NCBI GenBank assembly: GCA_043826455.1 | Contig: JBDRQD010000073.1 | Span: 1-49,377 of the forward strand | Length of the DNA stretch: 49,377 nt | Direction of reading: 5' to 3' | DNA from: Candidatus Bathyarchaeota archaeon | GTDB lineage: Archaea; Thermoproteota; Bathyarchaeia; TCS64 | Shown: positions 27,792 to 37,118 of the stretch, piece after piece | Layout of the letters: each line of letters begins with the position of its first letter | How positions within the stretch are numbered: the first letter of the stretch is position 1 | Made by a program: the position numbers and the translations under genes | Notes under the pieces: generated by a model | What the model saw: the letters and a program-made list of their open reading frames with translations, nothing else | Told to the model about the DNA's origin: nothing | Databases searched by the model: none

Positions 27792-28832
27792 TTGAAGGAG
27801 ACGATGCTGGGCAGAACCGGCCTCAAAGTGAAGACCCTGGGCTTCGGAGGCATCCCCATCCAGAGAATTCCTGAGAAGGAGGCAGTGGAGGTGGTGAGAC
27901 GGTGCCACGAACACGGCCTAAACTACTACGACACGGCCCGCGGCTACACCAACAGCGAAGAGCGCATAGGTAAAGCCCTGGAGGATGTCCGGGACACCGT
28001 CTACCTGGCCACCAAGAGCCACCAGCGCACCGCGGAGGGCATATTCCGTGAGCTGGAGACAAGCCTCAGGAACCTGAGAACCGACTACATAGACGTCTAC
28101 CAGCTCCACAACGTCACCAACATGGATCAGTGGAAGCAGGTACAGGCTGAGGGCGGAGCCCTGGAGGCGGTGTACCAGGCCAAGGAGGAAGGCAAGATTA
28201 AGCATATAGGCGTCACCAGCCACAACCCCGACCTGGCCGTGGAGCTTGTCAAGTCAGGCCACTTCGAGACCCTCATGATACAGTACAACTACATTATCAC
28301 CAAGCCCGAGGAAGCCGTTCTGCCCTTTTGCAGGCAGCTGAACGTCGGTACCATAATCATGAAGCCCTTCGGCGGCGGAGCCTTCAGCAACGCCAACACG
28401 GCCCTCAAATACGTGTACGGCAACCCCTACACCGACCTCGTGATCCCGGGGACCCTGAGCGTCGTGGAGGTGGACGAAAACGTCGGGGTGTGGCTGGGAG
28501 ACTTGACCATAACCCCCCAGGAGTACGAGCTCATAGAGCAGGACAAGCGCGACCTGGGCCAGTGGTTCTGCCGCGGCTGCGACTACTGCCAGCCCTGCCC
28601 CCAGGAGATACCCATCAGCTTCATACTGCGGGCCGAGAGGCAGATGCTCAGAAGGATGGGGTGGACCGACAGCAGGGTCGAGTCCGTGAAGAGAGCCAAG
28701 GAGAAGCTGGACACCTGCATCCACTGCGGCACATGCGAGTCCAAGTGCCCATACGAGCTACACATACAGGAACTGTTACCTAAAGCCATGGCCTCCCTGT
28801 GGGACCACATGGAGAACCGCACAATACCCTAA
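27792..28832 (+). CDS. Aldo/keto reductase with C-terminal 4Fe-4S domain
   Basis: LGRTG..LGFGG, YDTARGY, ATK, LRTDYID; CRGCDYCQPCP and CIHCGTCESKCP. Confidence 0.9.
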   Translation: MKETMLGRTGLKVKTLGFGGIPIQRIPEKEAVEVVRRCHEHGLNYYDTARGYTNSEERIGKALEDVRDTVYLATKSHQRTAEGIFRELETSLRNLRTDYIDVYQLHNVTNMDQWKQVQAEGGALEAVYQAKEEGKIKHIGVTSHNPDLAVELVKSGHFETLMIQYNYIITKPEEAVLPFCRQLNVGTIIMKPFGGGAFSNANTALKYVYGNPYTDLVIPGTLSVVEVDENVGVWLGDLTITPQEYELIEQDKRDLGQWFCRGCDYCQPCPQEIPISFILRAERQMLRRMGWTDSRVESVKRAKEKLDTCIHCGTCESKCPYELHIQELLPKAMASLWDHMENRTIP

Positions 28833-28876
28833 CCCATCAAACCCTTACATTTTCTACGGAGTCATACACGTTTTCA

Positions 28877-29362
28877 TCATGGCTTATTTGATGCCTGGGT
28901 TTTCTTTCTCTTATTGTGCATGTATTGGTAGTAGCTGAAGGAGCCCATCATGACGAAGAAGGAGCAGACTAGGATCGCCCCATGGAGCTCCGAGACGATA
29001 TAGCCGTACCAGTTCAGACCTATGCTTCCCACCATTAGAAGCAGCAGATATACCTTCAGCTCCAAAGGCCAGTGATCAGGGTGGTGAACCGGCTTACGCC
29101 GAGTGATAGCTCTGTACCATAGGTCATATAGAAGATAGATGATTATCGGCGCCAGGGCAACGAGGCGGCTCACATTGAAGCCTTTGAATAGATTCGCCGC
29201 CCACAGCCCGATGAATGGGATCAGCTGGGCGCTGAACAGGGGCCCCAATCTTATCTCCAGCCTCGATTTTTCGTGTGCGCGGAGAACGTAGACGATAACC
29301 AATAGGAGATAGTATGCCAACGAGAAGAACATCACAAGGTTATCGACGAGAGCTTGATCCAT
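28877..29362 (-). CDS. Hypothetical membrane protein
   Basis: About five hydrophobic segments; lower GC than flanks. Confidence 0.65.
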   Translation of the reverse strand: MDQALVDNLVMFFSLAYYLLLVIVYVLRAHEKSRLEIRLGPLFSAQLIPFIGLWAANLFKGFNVSRLVALAPIIIYLLYDLWYRAITRRKPVHHPDHWPLELKVYLLLLMVGSIGLNWYGYIVSELHGAILVCSFFVMMGSFSYYQYMHNKRKKTQASNKP

Positions 29363-29529
29363 GGTACAATCCTGTTTTGAACGCTGGGCCCATTATTAAA
29401 TCGAATCGACGACCAGTCCTTAAGCTCCAGCATAGTACATGTAACCGCACACATCATCCTAGAATCATTTAAAGAGAACCAACCAAACCATGAATCAATC
29501 TTTTATCCCTCGAAGACCCATCTTACTCC

Positions 29530-30810
29530 ATGGATCTTAAGAAGATAGACAAGCTGGCTGAGGCCGCCAGCGGCGAGGTCGCCGAGCTAACCTCCGGCCT
29601 AGTGAAGTTCAACTCCGCACACCCCAACGGGTACACCGACGAGGTGGTCGCCTACATCAAGAAGTACCTGGACAAGCACGGTATAGAGAACGAGGTCCAC
29701 GCCACGGACCCAAAGAAGCCCAACATCGTAGCTAAGGTAAAGGGCAAAGGAAAGAAGAAGGTGCTCTGGGTGGGCCACATAGACGTGGTCCCCGAGGGCA
29801 AGCCGGAGAACTGGACATACCCGCCATACAGCGGCAAGATTGCCGATGGCTGCGTCTGGGGCAGGGGCAGCAGCGACATGAAGGGCGCCTGCGCCGCGGC
29901 CATGGTGTCCGCCCGCCTAATCCACGAGATGAAGGATGTCCCCAACTCCGTGGAGTTCTGGTTCACAGCCGACGAGGAGATCGGCGGGGGCGCGGGGGCC
30001 AGGTGGCTGGCCGAGTCAGGCAGGTTCAAGGGAGACATATGCGTCATCGGTGACGGCAACGGCGGCGGCCCCGAGGCGCCCAGTATCGACCTGGGCTGCA
30101 AGGGCGGCGCCGGCGTCAAGCTCGTAGCCAGGGGCAGGACCGCCCACGGCAGCACCCCGTACCTGGGGGACAACGCCATCACCAAGCTAATCAAGGGCGT
30201 CCCCTGGGTGGAGAAGATCGCCGGCTTCAAGCTGGACTACCCCAAGGACCTGGAGCCCGCCCTAAAGAGCAGCGTAGAGTACTACAAGGTGGCGCAGCCT
30301 CTGACCCCTGAGCAGCTGAAGGCAGTGGAGGGTAGCTTCCTCACGCCCTCGGTGTCATGTAACATGATCAGTGGCGGCGTCAAGATCAACGTGGTCCCCG
30401 ACTACGCGGAAGCCGAGTTCGACATCAGGCTAACCCCGGGCTCGCACCAAGCTAAGGTGGTGCAGCGCATCAAGGATCTGGTGAAGGAGTCAGGCATAGA
30501 CGGCCTAGAAGTAGTGACATCGAGACCAGTGAAGCCCACCGACACCGCCGGCTACTACGAGTCGCCCAACAGCAGCTTCGCCAACCAGTTCACCGGCCTC
30601 ATCGGCGAGATCACCGGGAAACCCGTCAACATGAAGATTCTTACAGGCGGCACGGACGGCGTCAGCACCAGCAAGATCGCGGGCATCCCCAGCCTGGGCT
30701 ACGGCGCCAGCCTCACCGGGCAGGCCCACCAGCCAGATGAACGGATCACCATAGAGAACCTGGTCTTGGGCGTCAAGATATTCACGGCCTTCCCCCTGTA
30801 CTACAAATAA
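29530..30810 (+). CDS. M20 family (ArgE/DapE-like) metallopeptidase/deacylase
   Basis: GHIDVVP, GRGSSDMKG, DEEIGG, AHGS, GGTD and AHQPDE. Confidence 0.92.
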   Translation: MDLKKIDKLAEAASGEVAELTSGLVKFNSAHPNGYTDEVVAYIKKYLDKHGIENEVHATDPKKPNIVAKVKGKGKKKVLWVGHIDVVPEGKPENWTYPPYSGKIADGCVWGRGSSDMKGACAAAMVSARLIHEMKDVPNSVEFWFTADEEIGGGAGARWLAESGRFKGDICVIGDGNGGGPEAPSIDLGCKGGAGVKLVARGRTAHGSTPYLGDNAITKLIKGVPWVEKIAGFKLDYPKDLEPALKSSVEYYKVAQPLTPEQLKAVEGSFLTPSVSCNMISGGVKINVVPDYAEAEFDIRLTPGSHQAKVVQRIKDLVKESGIDGLEVVTSRPVKPTDTAGYYESPNSSFANQFTGLIGEITGKPVNMKILTGGTDGVSTSKIAGIPSLGYGASLTGQAHQPDERITIENLVLGVKIFTAFPLYYK

Positions 30811-30853
30811 ACTATATTTTTCGTTTGAATACGGGAAATCTGGGGCCGGGCCG

Positions 30854-31036
30854 TCAGAGGTCTAGGGCCTCTTTTATCATACGTGTGTATGCTTTTAGTT
30901 CCCGTATGTTTTGCTCTGTGGGGTTTAGGAGGGCCCGTTTTCTCAGATTGTATAGGGTTACTCGGATGTCTCTCAGTGTCATGTTTAGGGGCTCAGGGCA
31001 AACGAAGGTGTGCTCACATTCATTTTTCGGATTCAT
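30854..31036 (-). CDS. Small hypothetical protein
   Basis: 60 aa ORF in an AT-rich spacer; helical-looking. Confidence 0.35.
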   Translation of the reverse strand: MNPKNECEHTFVCPEPLNMTLRDIRVTLYNLRKRALLNPTEQNIRELKAYTRMIKEALDL

Positions 31037-31283
31037 GGTTCACGTTACACTACCGTGATGCAATAAAAACTACTTGTAGCCAGAAGATAGATAAAGTGAG
31101 TGACAGTGAATAGTAGTAATTTTTAGAACCATGCTGGCATAAACATTAAAAATAGTTAAATTTGATATAAAAATTACTTCACATTCTACCCAGTAGCAGT
31201 CATTTCCCCCATTCACAACACGCAGCAAACCATGACTTCGAAGAAGATTAGTACCTGTACAAGCACCCATTCAGTGAATCAAG

Positions 31284-31577
31284 ATGTTCGAGATCGACAA
31301 GTTCGTCATAGGCGGCAAATCCTTCCAGGGAGTAAAATCCACGTTACCCAACGTCCCACCACTCCTCCTCATCAAAGGCGAGAAAGGCTTCGTCATGTGC
31401 GGGTACCTCAACATGGAGGCAGCGGAGAAGCTGGGCGCAGCAGCGGCCGTAGTCTCCGGCGTCAAGACCTTCGAGGACGTCCTGAACGCGGAGATCAAGG
31501 CCGTCACCAGCAAGGCCAAGGAGCTTGGCGTGGAGCCCGGTAAGAAAGTGAAGGACGTAATCGCCAAGCTGGGCTAG
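31284..31577 (+). CDS. YunC / DUF1805 family protein
   Basis: KGFVMCGYLN...AAVVSGVKTFEDVL...AKELGV. Confidence 0.9.
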   Translation: MFEIDKFVIGGKSFQGVKSTLPNVPPLLLIKGEKGFVMCGYLNMEAAEKLGAAAAVVSGVKTFEDVLNAEIKAVTSKAKELGVEPGKKVKDVIAKLG

Positions 31578-32212
31578 CTGCAGGACTCGATGAGCCTCAG
31601 AACCTTCTCCTTCGCGCCACTGTACGTGTTCTTTCCGTGGCTCAGCAGCAGCGCGTCGAAGTCGTAGCCGGCCAGAATCCTCAGGTTCCTAGCGGCCATC
31701 TCCCCGTCGCTGCAGTACTTCTCCGGCGGCGCCTCCAGGTTGCCTTCCGAGTCGCCGAAGATTGTGTCCCCCGCGATGATGGCCTTGTGCCTCCTCAGGT
31801 ACAGGCAAAGGTTGCCGTCGCTGTGGCCCGGCACGTGAACGATCTCTATGCCCCCGCAGGCGCCGATGAGGTCGCCGTGCTCCAGTTCCACGTCTGCCCT
31901 CACCCCGGTCTCCTCCTCCAAGGCGTCCCCGTCCCCGTACCCTACGATCACTTCGGCGTCTGTCAGCGCCTTCACCTTGGGCAGGTTATCTATGTGGTCG
32001 CCGTGGGCGTGGGTGATGATGATCATCTTGATGTCTCCCCAGCCCATACCCATGGAGTCCAGCTCGGCCTGGATGCTGGCGTGGCACTCAGGGGTGAACC
32101 CCACATCCACCAGGATGAGGCCGCCCTCACACTCCAGGAGGTAGACCTCTGTGTCCAGGCCATCCGCCTTAGCAATCTCGACCGTCCTTAGACCTTCCAG
32201 AACCTCAACCAT
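31574..32212 (-). CDS. Metallo-beta-lactamase fold hydrolase
   Basis: THAHGDH, PGHSDG, GD and SHG motifs. Confidence 0.9.
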   Translation of the reverse strand: MVEVLEGLRTVEIAKADGLDTEVYLLECEGGLILVDVGFTPECHASIQAELDSMGMGWGDIKMIIITHAHGDHIDNLPKVKALTDAEVIVGYGDGDALEEETGVRADVELEHGDLIGACGGIEIVHVPGHSDGNLCLYLRRHKAIIAGDTIFGDSEGNLEAPPEKYCSDGEMAARNLRILAGYDFDALLLSHGKNTYSGAKEKVLRLIESCS

Positions 32213-32254
32213 GTTTACCGCGTATCATATCCACCGCCACGGTATAAAAACAGC

Positions 32255-32470
32255 CTACACTTCCACCTCGAAGACCTTCCTGTTGGAAGTGTGGCCGATC
32301 ACAAGCGTCACCTGGGCCCCCAGCTCCTTCCTCAGCAGCTTAACGATGGCCGCGTTGGCCTTGCCCTTACGGGGCTGGGCCCTGACGTGGACAAGGTAGT
32401 GGTCCGCTCCTAGGCGCTCCACGGAGTCACGGTTTGAACCAGCCTTAACATCCACGACGATGCGCGTCAC
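32255..32470 (-). CDS. DUF167 (YggU/UPF0235) protein
   Basis: VKAGS...VRAQPRKGKAN...GHTSNRK. Confidence 0.88.
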   Translation of the reverse strand: MTRIVVDVKAGSNRDSVERLGADHYLVHVRAQPRKGKANAAIVKLLRKELGAQVTLVIGHTSNRKVFEVEV

Positions 32471-32500
32471 AGAGTAAAAATAGTGTAAAAAGCTTAAAGA

Positions 32501-32896
32501 TTAATCGTGTAGAGCTCTGAGCTGACTGGAGTCCAGGCTCCCCTTGATGGCCTCGACTGTCTGGTCAGGGAAGTCCCTGATGAGGCTATCCAGCACCGTG
32601 GATGCTACGTAACGTTTGAAGCCGTTCTCGTCCATCCCCTTGGAGTACTTCCTCCTCATCCCACCCTTGCAGGTCTCCTCCTCGAAGTCGAGGACCTCCT
32701 CATCGCACATGGCGTTAAGGAAGTTGATTATGGAGGCGCGGCTCACGCTCTTACCACCCAGATTCTTGTTTACAGCCTCGTAGACTTCACGGGACGTGAG
32801 GCCCTCCCCAGTGTTACCCCAGATGAGCTTAAGAGCCTCAATCTGGTAGTCGCGTAGAACCTTCTCTAGGCCAGTCTTTGACGGATCTATTATCAA
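32501..32896 (-). CDS. Winged-helix transcriptional regulator (paralog of 429-812)
   Basis: DYQIEALKLIW...VSRASIINFLNAM...KGGMRRKY. Confidence 0.78.
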   Translation of the reverse strand: MIIDPSKTGLEKVLRDYQIEALKLIWGNTGEGLTSREVYEAVNKNLGGKSVSRASIINFLNAMCDEEVLDFEEETCKGGMRRKYSKGMDENGFKRYVASTVLDSLIRDFPDQTVEAIKGSLDSSQLRALHD

Positions 32897-32972
32897 GTTA
32901 CATTATCACCTGAACTCTCCATAGTCACTTTCAACGCGTATAAAAACGTTGGGCGGAAAATTTATCAAGGGA

Positions 32973-33374
32973 TCAGCCGCCCGGCTGAAGCACGTGCCCG
33001 GATAGGACAAAGCACGTCATCTTACCTTTGAGGACCGTCTGCTCCCCCACAGAGACCACTACGTTCACGTCCCTGCGCTTGCCTTCAACGCCTTCCACGG
33101 TGGCGGTCGCTCTCATAAGGTCCCCCACCTTGACGGGCGCGGTGAACCTCACCTCAGACGAGCCTAAGACCACGTACGGGTCGTTGACCGCCAGCATGGC
33201 GGCGTAGTCGGCCAACCCGAAGGTGAAGCCTCCGTGAATCAGCCCCACTTCATCCACCGCCATATCGGGGCCAGCCCTCAGCTCCACCACAGCTAGCTTA
33301 CCGTCCTCAATGTGGAGAGGTGTACCGAGGAGACTCGGGTCAGCCTTCAAGTGTGTACGAGACGCCAATGTCAT
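32973..33374 (-). CDS. PaaI/hotdog-fold thioesterase
   Basis: DEVGLIHGGFTFGLADYAAM...FTAPVKVGD. Confidence 0.9.
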   Translation of the reverse strand: MTLASRTHLKADPSLLGTPLHIEDGKLAVVELRAGPDMAVDEVGLIHGGFTFGLADYAAMLAVNDPYVVLGSSEVRFTAPVKVGDLMRATATVEGVEGKRRDVNVVVSVGEQTVLKGKMTCFVLSGHVLQPGG

Positions 33375-33438
33375 GAAACGCTCCTACCCTTAGAGCCGTG
33401 AATAACGTTAAATCCTCTTCCCCCCCTCTAAAACAGAC

Positions 33439-34326
33439 ATGAAGCTTATAACCTACAAGAAAGGAGCCGAGTACGGACTCGGAGCCGTCATCGGCGACCA
33501 TGTCCTCGACCTCAACAAGGCCATGGGCACGAAATTAGACGTGCTCGGCCTCCTAGACAAGGGCGAGAAGGGTATGGCTGAGGCTGTCGAGGCCGTGAAG
33601 GCAGCCCAGGATAAGGCTGAGGCGGGAAACACCAGGGGTCTTCAATCTCTGAAAGGCTTAAAGATCGCTGCGCCCATCCCACGCACCCGCAAGAACATCG
33701 TCTGCCTGGGCCTCAACTACGCTGAGCACGTCAAGGAGGGGAGTAAAGACAGGGACCTGCCACCCCACCCCGTCTTCTTCACGAAGCCCCCCACCACCAT
33801 CACCGGCCCCTACGACCCCGTTGTCTACAACCGGGCGGTGGAGAGGCTGGACTACGAGGTGGAGCTGGCCTTCGTCATGGGTAAGACAGGCAAATACATC
33901 CCAAAGGACGAGGTCTACAGCCACATAGCCGGATACATGGTCTTCCAGGACATCTCGGCTCGCACCCTCCAGAGGCAGCACCAGCAGTGGTTCAGGGGCA
34001 AGAGCCAGGACACCTTCGCCCCTATGGGCCCCTACCTGGTGACACCGGACGAGGTGGGCGACCCTCAGAACCTGGACCTCTGGTGCAAGGTGAACGGCCA
34101 GGTGAGGCAGCAGGCCAACACCAGCGACATGATCTTCGACATCAGGACCATCGTCAGCACCTTGTCGGATGGGATAACCCTTGAGGTGGGGGACGTCTTC
34201 GCAACGGGGACACCGTCAGGCGTGGGGGCCGCTCATCCTTTGGGTTTGCTTAAGGTGGGGGACATCATCGAGTCGGGCGTCGAGAAGCTCGGCACCATGA
34301 GGAACGAGGTCGTGGCCGAAAAATAG
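33439..34326 (+). CDS. Fumarylacetoacetate hydrolase family protein
   Basis: CLGLNYAEH, DYEVEL, DISAR, GKSQDTFAPMGP and TGTPSGVG. Confidence 0.93.
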   Translation: MKLITYKKGAEYGLGAVIGDHVLDLNKAMGTKLDVLGLLDKGEKGMAEAVEAVKAAQDKAEAGNTRGLQSLKGLKIAAPIPRTRKNIVCLGLNYAEHVKEGSKDRDLPPHPVFFTKPPTTITGPYDPVVYNRAVERLDYEVELAFVMGKTGKYIPKDEVYSHIAGYMVFQDISARTLQRQHQQWFRGKSQDTFAPMGPYLVTPDEVGDPQNLDLWCKVNGQVRQQANTSDMIFDIRTIVSTLSDGITLEVGDVFATGTPSGVGAAHPLGLLKVGDIIESGVEKLGTMRNEVVAEK

Positions 34327-34448
34327 CGGACGCGGCGACGTTTCACCCCCTAAAACCCCTTTTCCCGTCAAAAAACAACAGAAACGGTCCCACTTCTGGT
34401 TTTCTAAGAAACGTTTATATCTACTACGCTTTGTTTGGGTTATAGCTT

Positions 34449-34510
34449 CGAGGCGTTGGGTAAAATTGATTAACCATGCACCGACATGGAGATCACCCTG
34501 GAACGCCTCG
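34449..34510 (+). other. Long imperfect hairpin upstream of rpoK (structured leader or ncRNA candidate)
   Basis: Nested stems CGAGGCGTT/AACGCCTCG, GGGT/ACCC and CCATG/CATGG; TTTATAT about 30 nt upstream. Confidence 0.5.
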
Positions 34511-34548
34511 CATAGCAGTTAAAACAAGAGACACTGTGAGCGATCAAG

Positions 34549-34800
34549 TTGAGTGAAAACGTAACCATAGGGCCTCCGAAGCTCACACGCTTCGAGAGGG
34601 CGAGGATAGTAGGTGCGAGAGCTCTCCAGGTGTCCCTTGGAGCCCCCATCCTCATCCAGCTTCTGGCGGGGGTGAGCGACCCCATAGACATCGCCATAGA
34701 GGAGCTCAAGGGGGGTGTGCTGCCCATGACCGTCCGCAGGACCCTGCCAGAGGGGAGCTACCAGGATATTCCTCTCCTAGATCTATTGACCCTGAAATAG
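34549..34800 (+). CDS. rpoK: DNA-directed RNA polymerase subunit K (Rpo6)
   Basis: [22 protein letters not shown]...IAIEEL...LPMTVRR. Confidence 0.97.
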   Translation: MSENVTIGPPKLTRFERARIVGARALQVSLGAPILIQLLAGVSDPIDIAIEELKGGVLPMTVRRTLPEGSYQDIPLLDLLTLK

Positions 34801-34807
34801 ATACGAG

Positions 34808-35032
34808 ATGTCCGGCGAACGCGAGTCCTGGAGAAAGGCGTGCATCGTACTTGTCCTCGTCTCCATAGTTGTCGGGCTCATCCAGAGGTCTAGCTACCAG
34901 TTTCTTGACACCAAGTTTGAGGTATCAGTCTTCCATTTACCCACCGTAATTTCCCTAGTAATCTACTACTACCTGACACGGAAACAGAGTCCCGGCACCG
35001 ATCATGAGCAAGATGAGTCAATAGTGGATTGA
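34808..35032 (+). CDS. Small membrane protein
   Basis: Two hydrophobic segments; 7 nt after the rpoK stop. Confidence 0.5.
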   Translation: MSGERESWRKACIVLVLVSIVVGLIQRSSYQFLDTKFEVSVFHLPTVISLVIYYYLTRKQSPGTDHEQDESIVD

Positions 35033-35129
35033 ACTCGTTCTCCGTGTCTGTGAGGGTCTCCACAGACAATCTGATAAGTATCAGGTTCAGGCACACAAAA
35101 ACAGTGGATCCAATCGAGAGTGCGCAAAA

Positions 35130-35771
35130 ATGAGATCATTGATCAAATTTAATGGATATAAAAGAGGCATCACGGGTATAGAGACAGCCATAATTCTTGT
35201 AGCCTTCGTAATAACCGCCTCAGCGTTCAGCTTCGTCATCCTCAACGTCGGATTCCTGACCTCCGACAAGGCCCAGACCACAGTGATCACAAGCATGAGG
35301 GAGACCACCAGCGCGCTCCTGGTGGATGCCGGGATCACGGGGTACTTCAGCAACACGACGGTTGCCAACCAGGACGAGGTCTGCCTGGAGGAGGTGGTGT
35401 TCTACATCAGGCTGGCCCAGGGTCACGAACCGGTTGACTGCAGCGACACTAAGATGGTGATGACCTATACTAACATGAGGGGCCACGCCATCGTCTACTC
35501 AAACACTTTCACCAACGGTACAATTACCACCATAAGGACCATTAATGGCGACTCCGACGCGCTCCTGGAGCCGGGTGAGAAGATGCAGGTATACATGGAC
35601 TTCAGGCAGATACGGAGCGCCGACGTGAAGCCGGTGCTGACCAACCATCAGGACATCTATGGAAAACCATACGAGATTATAAGGATAGAGCTGAGACCAA
35701 ACGTGGGCGCTATACTGAGCATGGAGAAAGAGATACCGGCAGTGAACGCCCCCGTGATGACGCTAAAGTAG
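35130..35771 (+). CDS. arlB: Archaellin (archaeal flagellin)
   Basis: Class III signal peptide KRG|ITGIETAIILVAFVITASAFSFVILNVG; LEPGEK and IELRPNVGA segments. Confidence 0.9.
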   Translation: MRSLIKFNGYKRGITGIETAIILVAFVITASAFSFVILNVGFLTSDKAQTTVITSMRETTSALLVDAGITGYFSNTTVANQDEVCLEEVVFYIRLAQGHEPVDCSDTKMVMTYTNMRGHAIVYSNTFTNGTITTIRTINGDSDALLEPGEKMQVYMDFRQIRSADVKPVLTNHQDIYGKPYEIIRIELRPNVGAILSMEKEIPAVNAPVMTLK

Positions 35772-35803
35772 CCTTCAACCATTTTCATAATAATATCAGG
35801 GAG

Positions 35804-36973
35804 CTAGATCTCCCTGGTTGTGGTCACCGTCTCAGATATCTCCACCCCTCTCTCCCGGAGCTTACCCAGGAGCTCCTCGAAGAGGCTGCCGTTGATGACT
35901 CTCACTGGCCACTGGATGCCCTTCTCCTTTATGGCTCCGCGGCCCAGCATCCTAGCCACAATGGCGGTCGTATACCCCGTGGTCTTGGCCATGGAGGTCA
36001 CGTTGTTCTCCTCATCATAATAGTCCACCATATCGTAGCTGACGCTCACATCTGAGCCGTCTTTATGCCCCTCAACCCTGACGAGGAGGACCGTTATGTC
36101 CCTGTCCCCGGCCTCAGTGTCGAACTTCACCAGCGGGTAGATTATCTTGTGGAACAGCTCACGTGGGACGACCTCCTTGCCCTCGTAGTCCACAGGCTTC
36201 TCGCTGATCAGCCCCAGGTCGTTGAGGAACATGATCTTGTCCACGAAGCCCGAGTACCTGATGGTCTTACCTCTGAAGTTCTTCACCCCTCTCTCAAGGC
36301 ACAGCCTCAGCAGGGACGATGGGTAGCCGTCCACGAAGGCCTCCATGGGCTCCAGGTCCTCCACGAAGATGGGCTCCACCTCGCTGTACCTGTCCATCTC
36401 CGCCATCTCCCCGTCGACGATCATGGACACCTTCCCTGGGCGCACAGGCATCCTGGTCCCGCCAAACACTATCTTGTAGTCCATAGGGGGCTCAGGGTCC
36501 CTGGGTAGCCCGCCGCAGGCGAAGGTGACGTCGTCGACCTCATCCAACATGCTGATGGCCTGCCCGGATAGGACGTCGATGAGCCCCGGGTCGACCCCGC
36601 ACCCCGGTATTACCGTTATGCCCGCCTTCTTCACCCTCTGATACAGTTCGCCTTCCTGGGGGTAGCCTCCGCCGGCCATGTCTACCACGTTCACCTTGGC
36701 CTCCACGGCTGCCTCAAGCACGTCGAGGCTGAACCTGGCTGCCGTGCCATTTACCACCACGTCGTAGCCTCTCATCTTATCAGCGAGGGCTTTCCTGTCC
36801 GTAACGCTGATGCATGCAGTGTCAAACTTGGGGTTACCCAAATACTCCTGAGCTGCTCTCAGCTTGTCTTTATCAACGTCGCAGCCAGTTACCTTGGTGA
36901 CCTCCGGCGCCTCGGCGCAGTCCTTGGCCACGGTAGGACCCATGAGACCCATTCCCAATATGAGTATCTTCAT
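35804..36973 (-). CDS. Saccharopine dehydrogenase / lysine 6-dehydrogenase family protein
   Basis: ILGMGLMG Rossmann motif, GCGVDPG, CGGLP, KTIRY and SMAKTTG; start at ATG 36973. Confidence 0.88.
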   Translation of the reverse strand: MKILILGMGLMGPTVAKDCAEAPEVTKVTGCDVDKDKLRAAQEYLGNPKFDTACISVTDRKALADKMRGYDVVVNGTAARFSLDVLEAAVEAKVNVVDMAGGGYPQEGELYQRVKKAGITVIPGCGVDPGLIDVLSGQAISMLDEVDDVTFACGGLPRDPEPPMDYKIVFGGTRMPVRPGKVSMIVDGEMAEMDRYSEVEPIFVEDLEPMEAFVDGYPSSLLRLCLERGVKNFRGKTIRYSGFVDKIMFLNDLGLISEKPVDYEGKEVVPRELFHKIIYPLVKFDTEAGDRDITVLLVRVEGHKDGSDVSVSYDMVDYYDEENNVTSMAKTTGYTTAIVARMLGRGAIKEKGIQWPVRVINGSLFEELLGKLRERGVEISETVTTTREI

Positions 36974-37118
36974 ACTTCTGTCAGTATTGAACTGCCGGCC
37001 TGAGTATATAGAGCCCACGAAATTTCGGTTCGTCTAGGATCGAAGAATGTTTTGATCCATGTAGAAGCTTTTAAATACGGTACAGTTAATTTGAAACGAA
37101 TTCATCTGGTGAAGATGT

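Noticed and set aside
30811..31283. AT-rich spacer with several overlapping 60-77 aa ORFs
   Set aside because: No motifs, repeats or IS ends; only 30854-31036 kept, at low confidence
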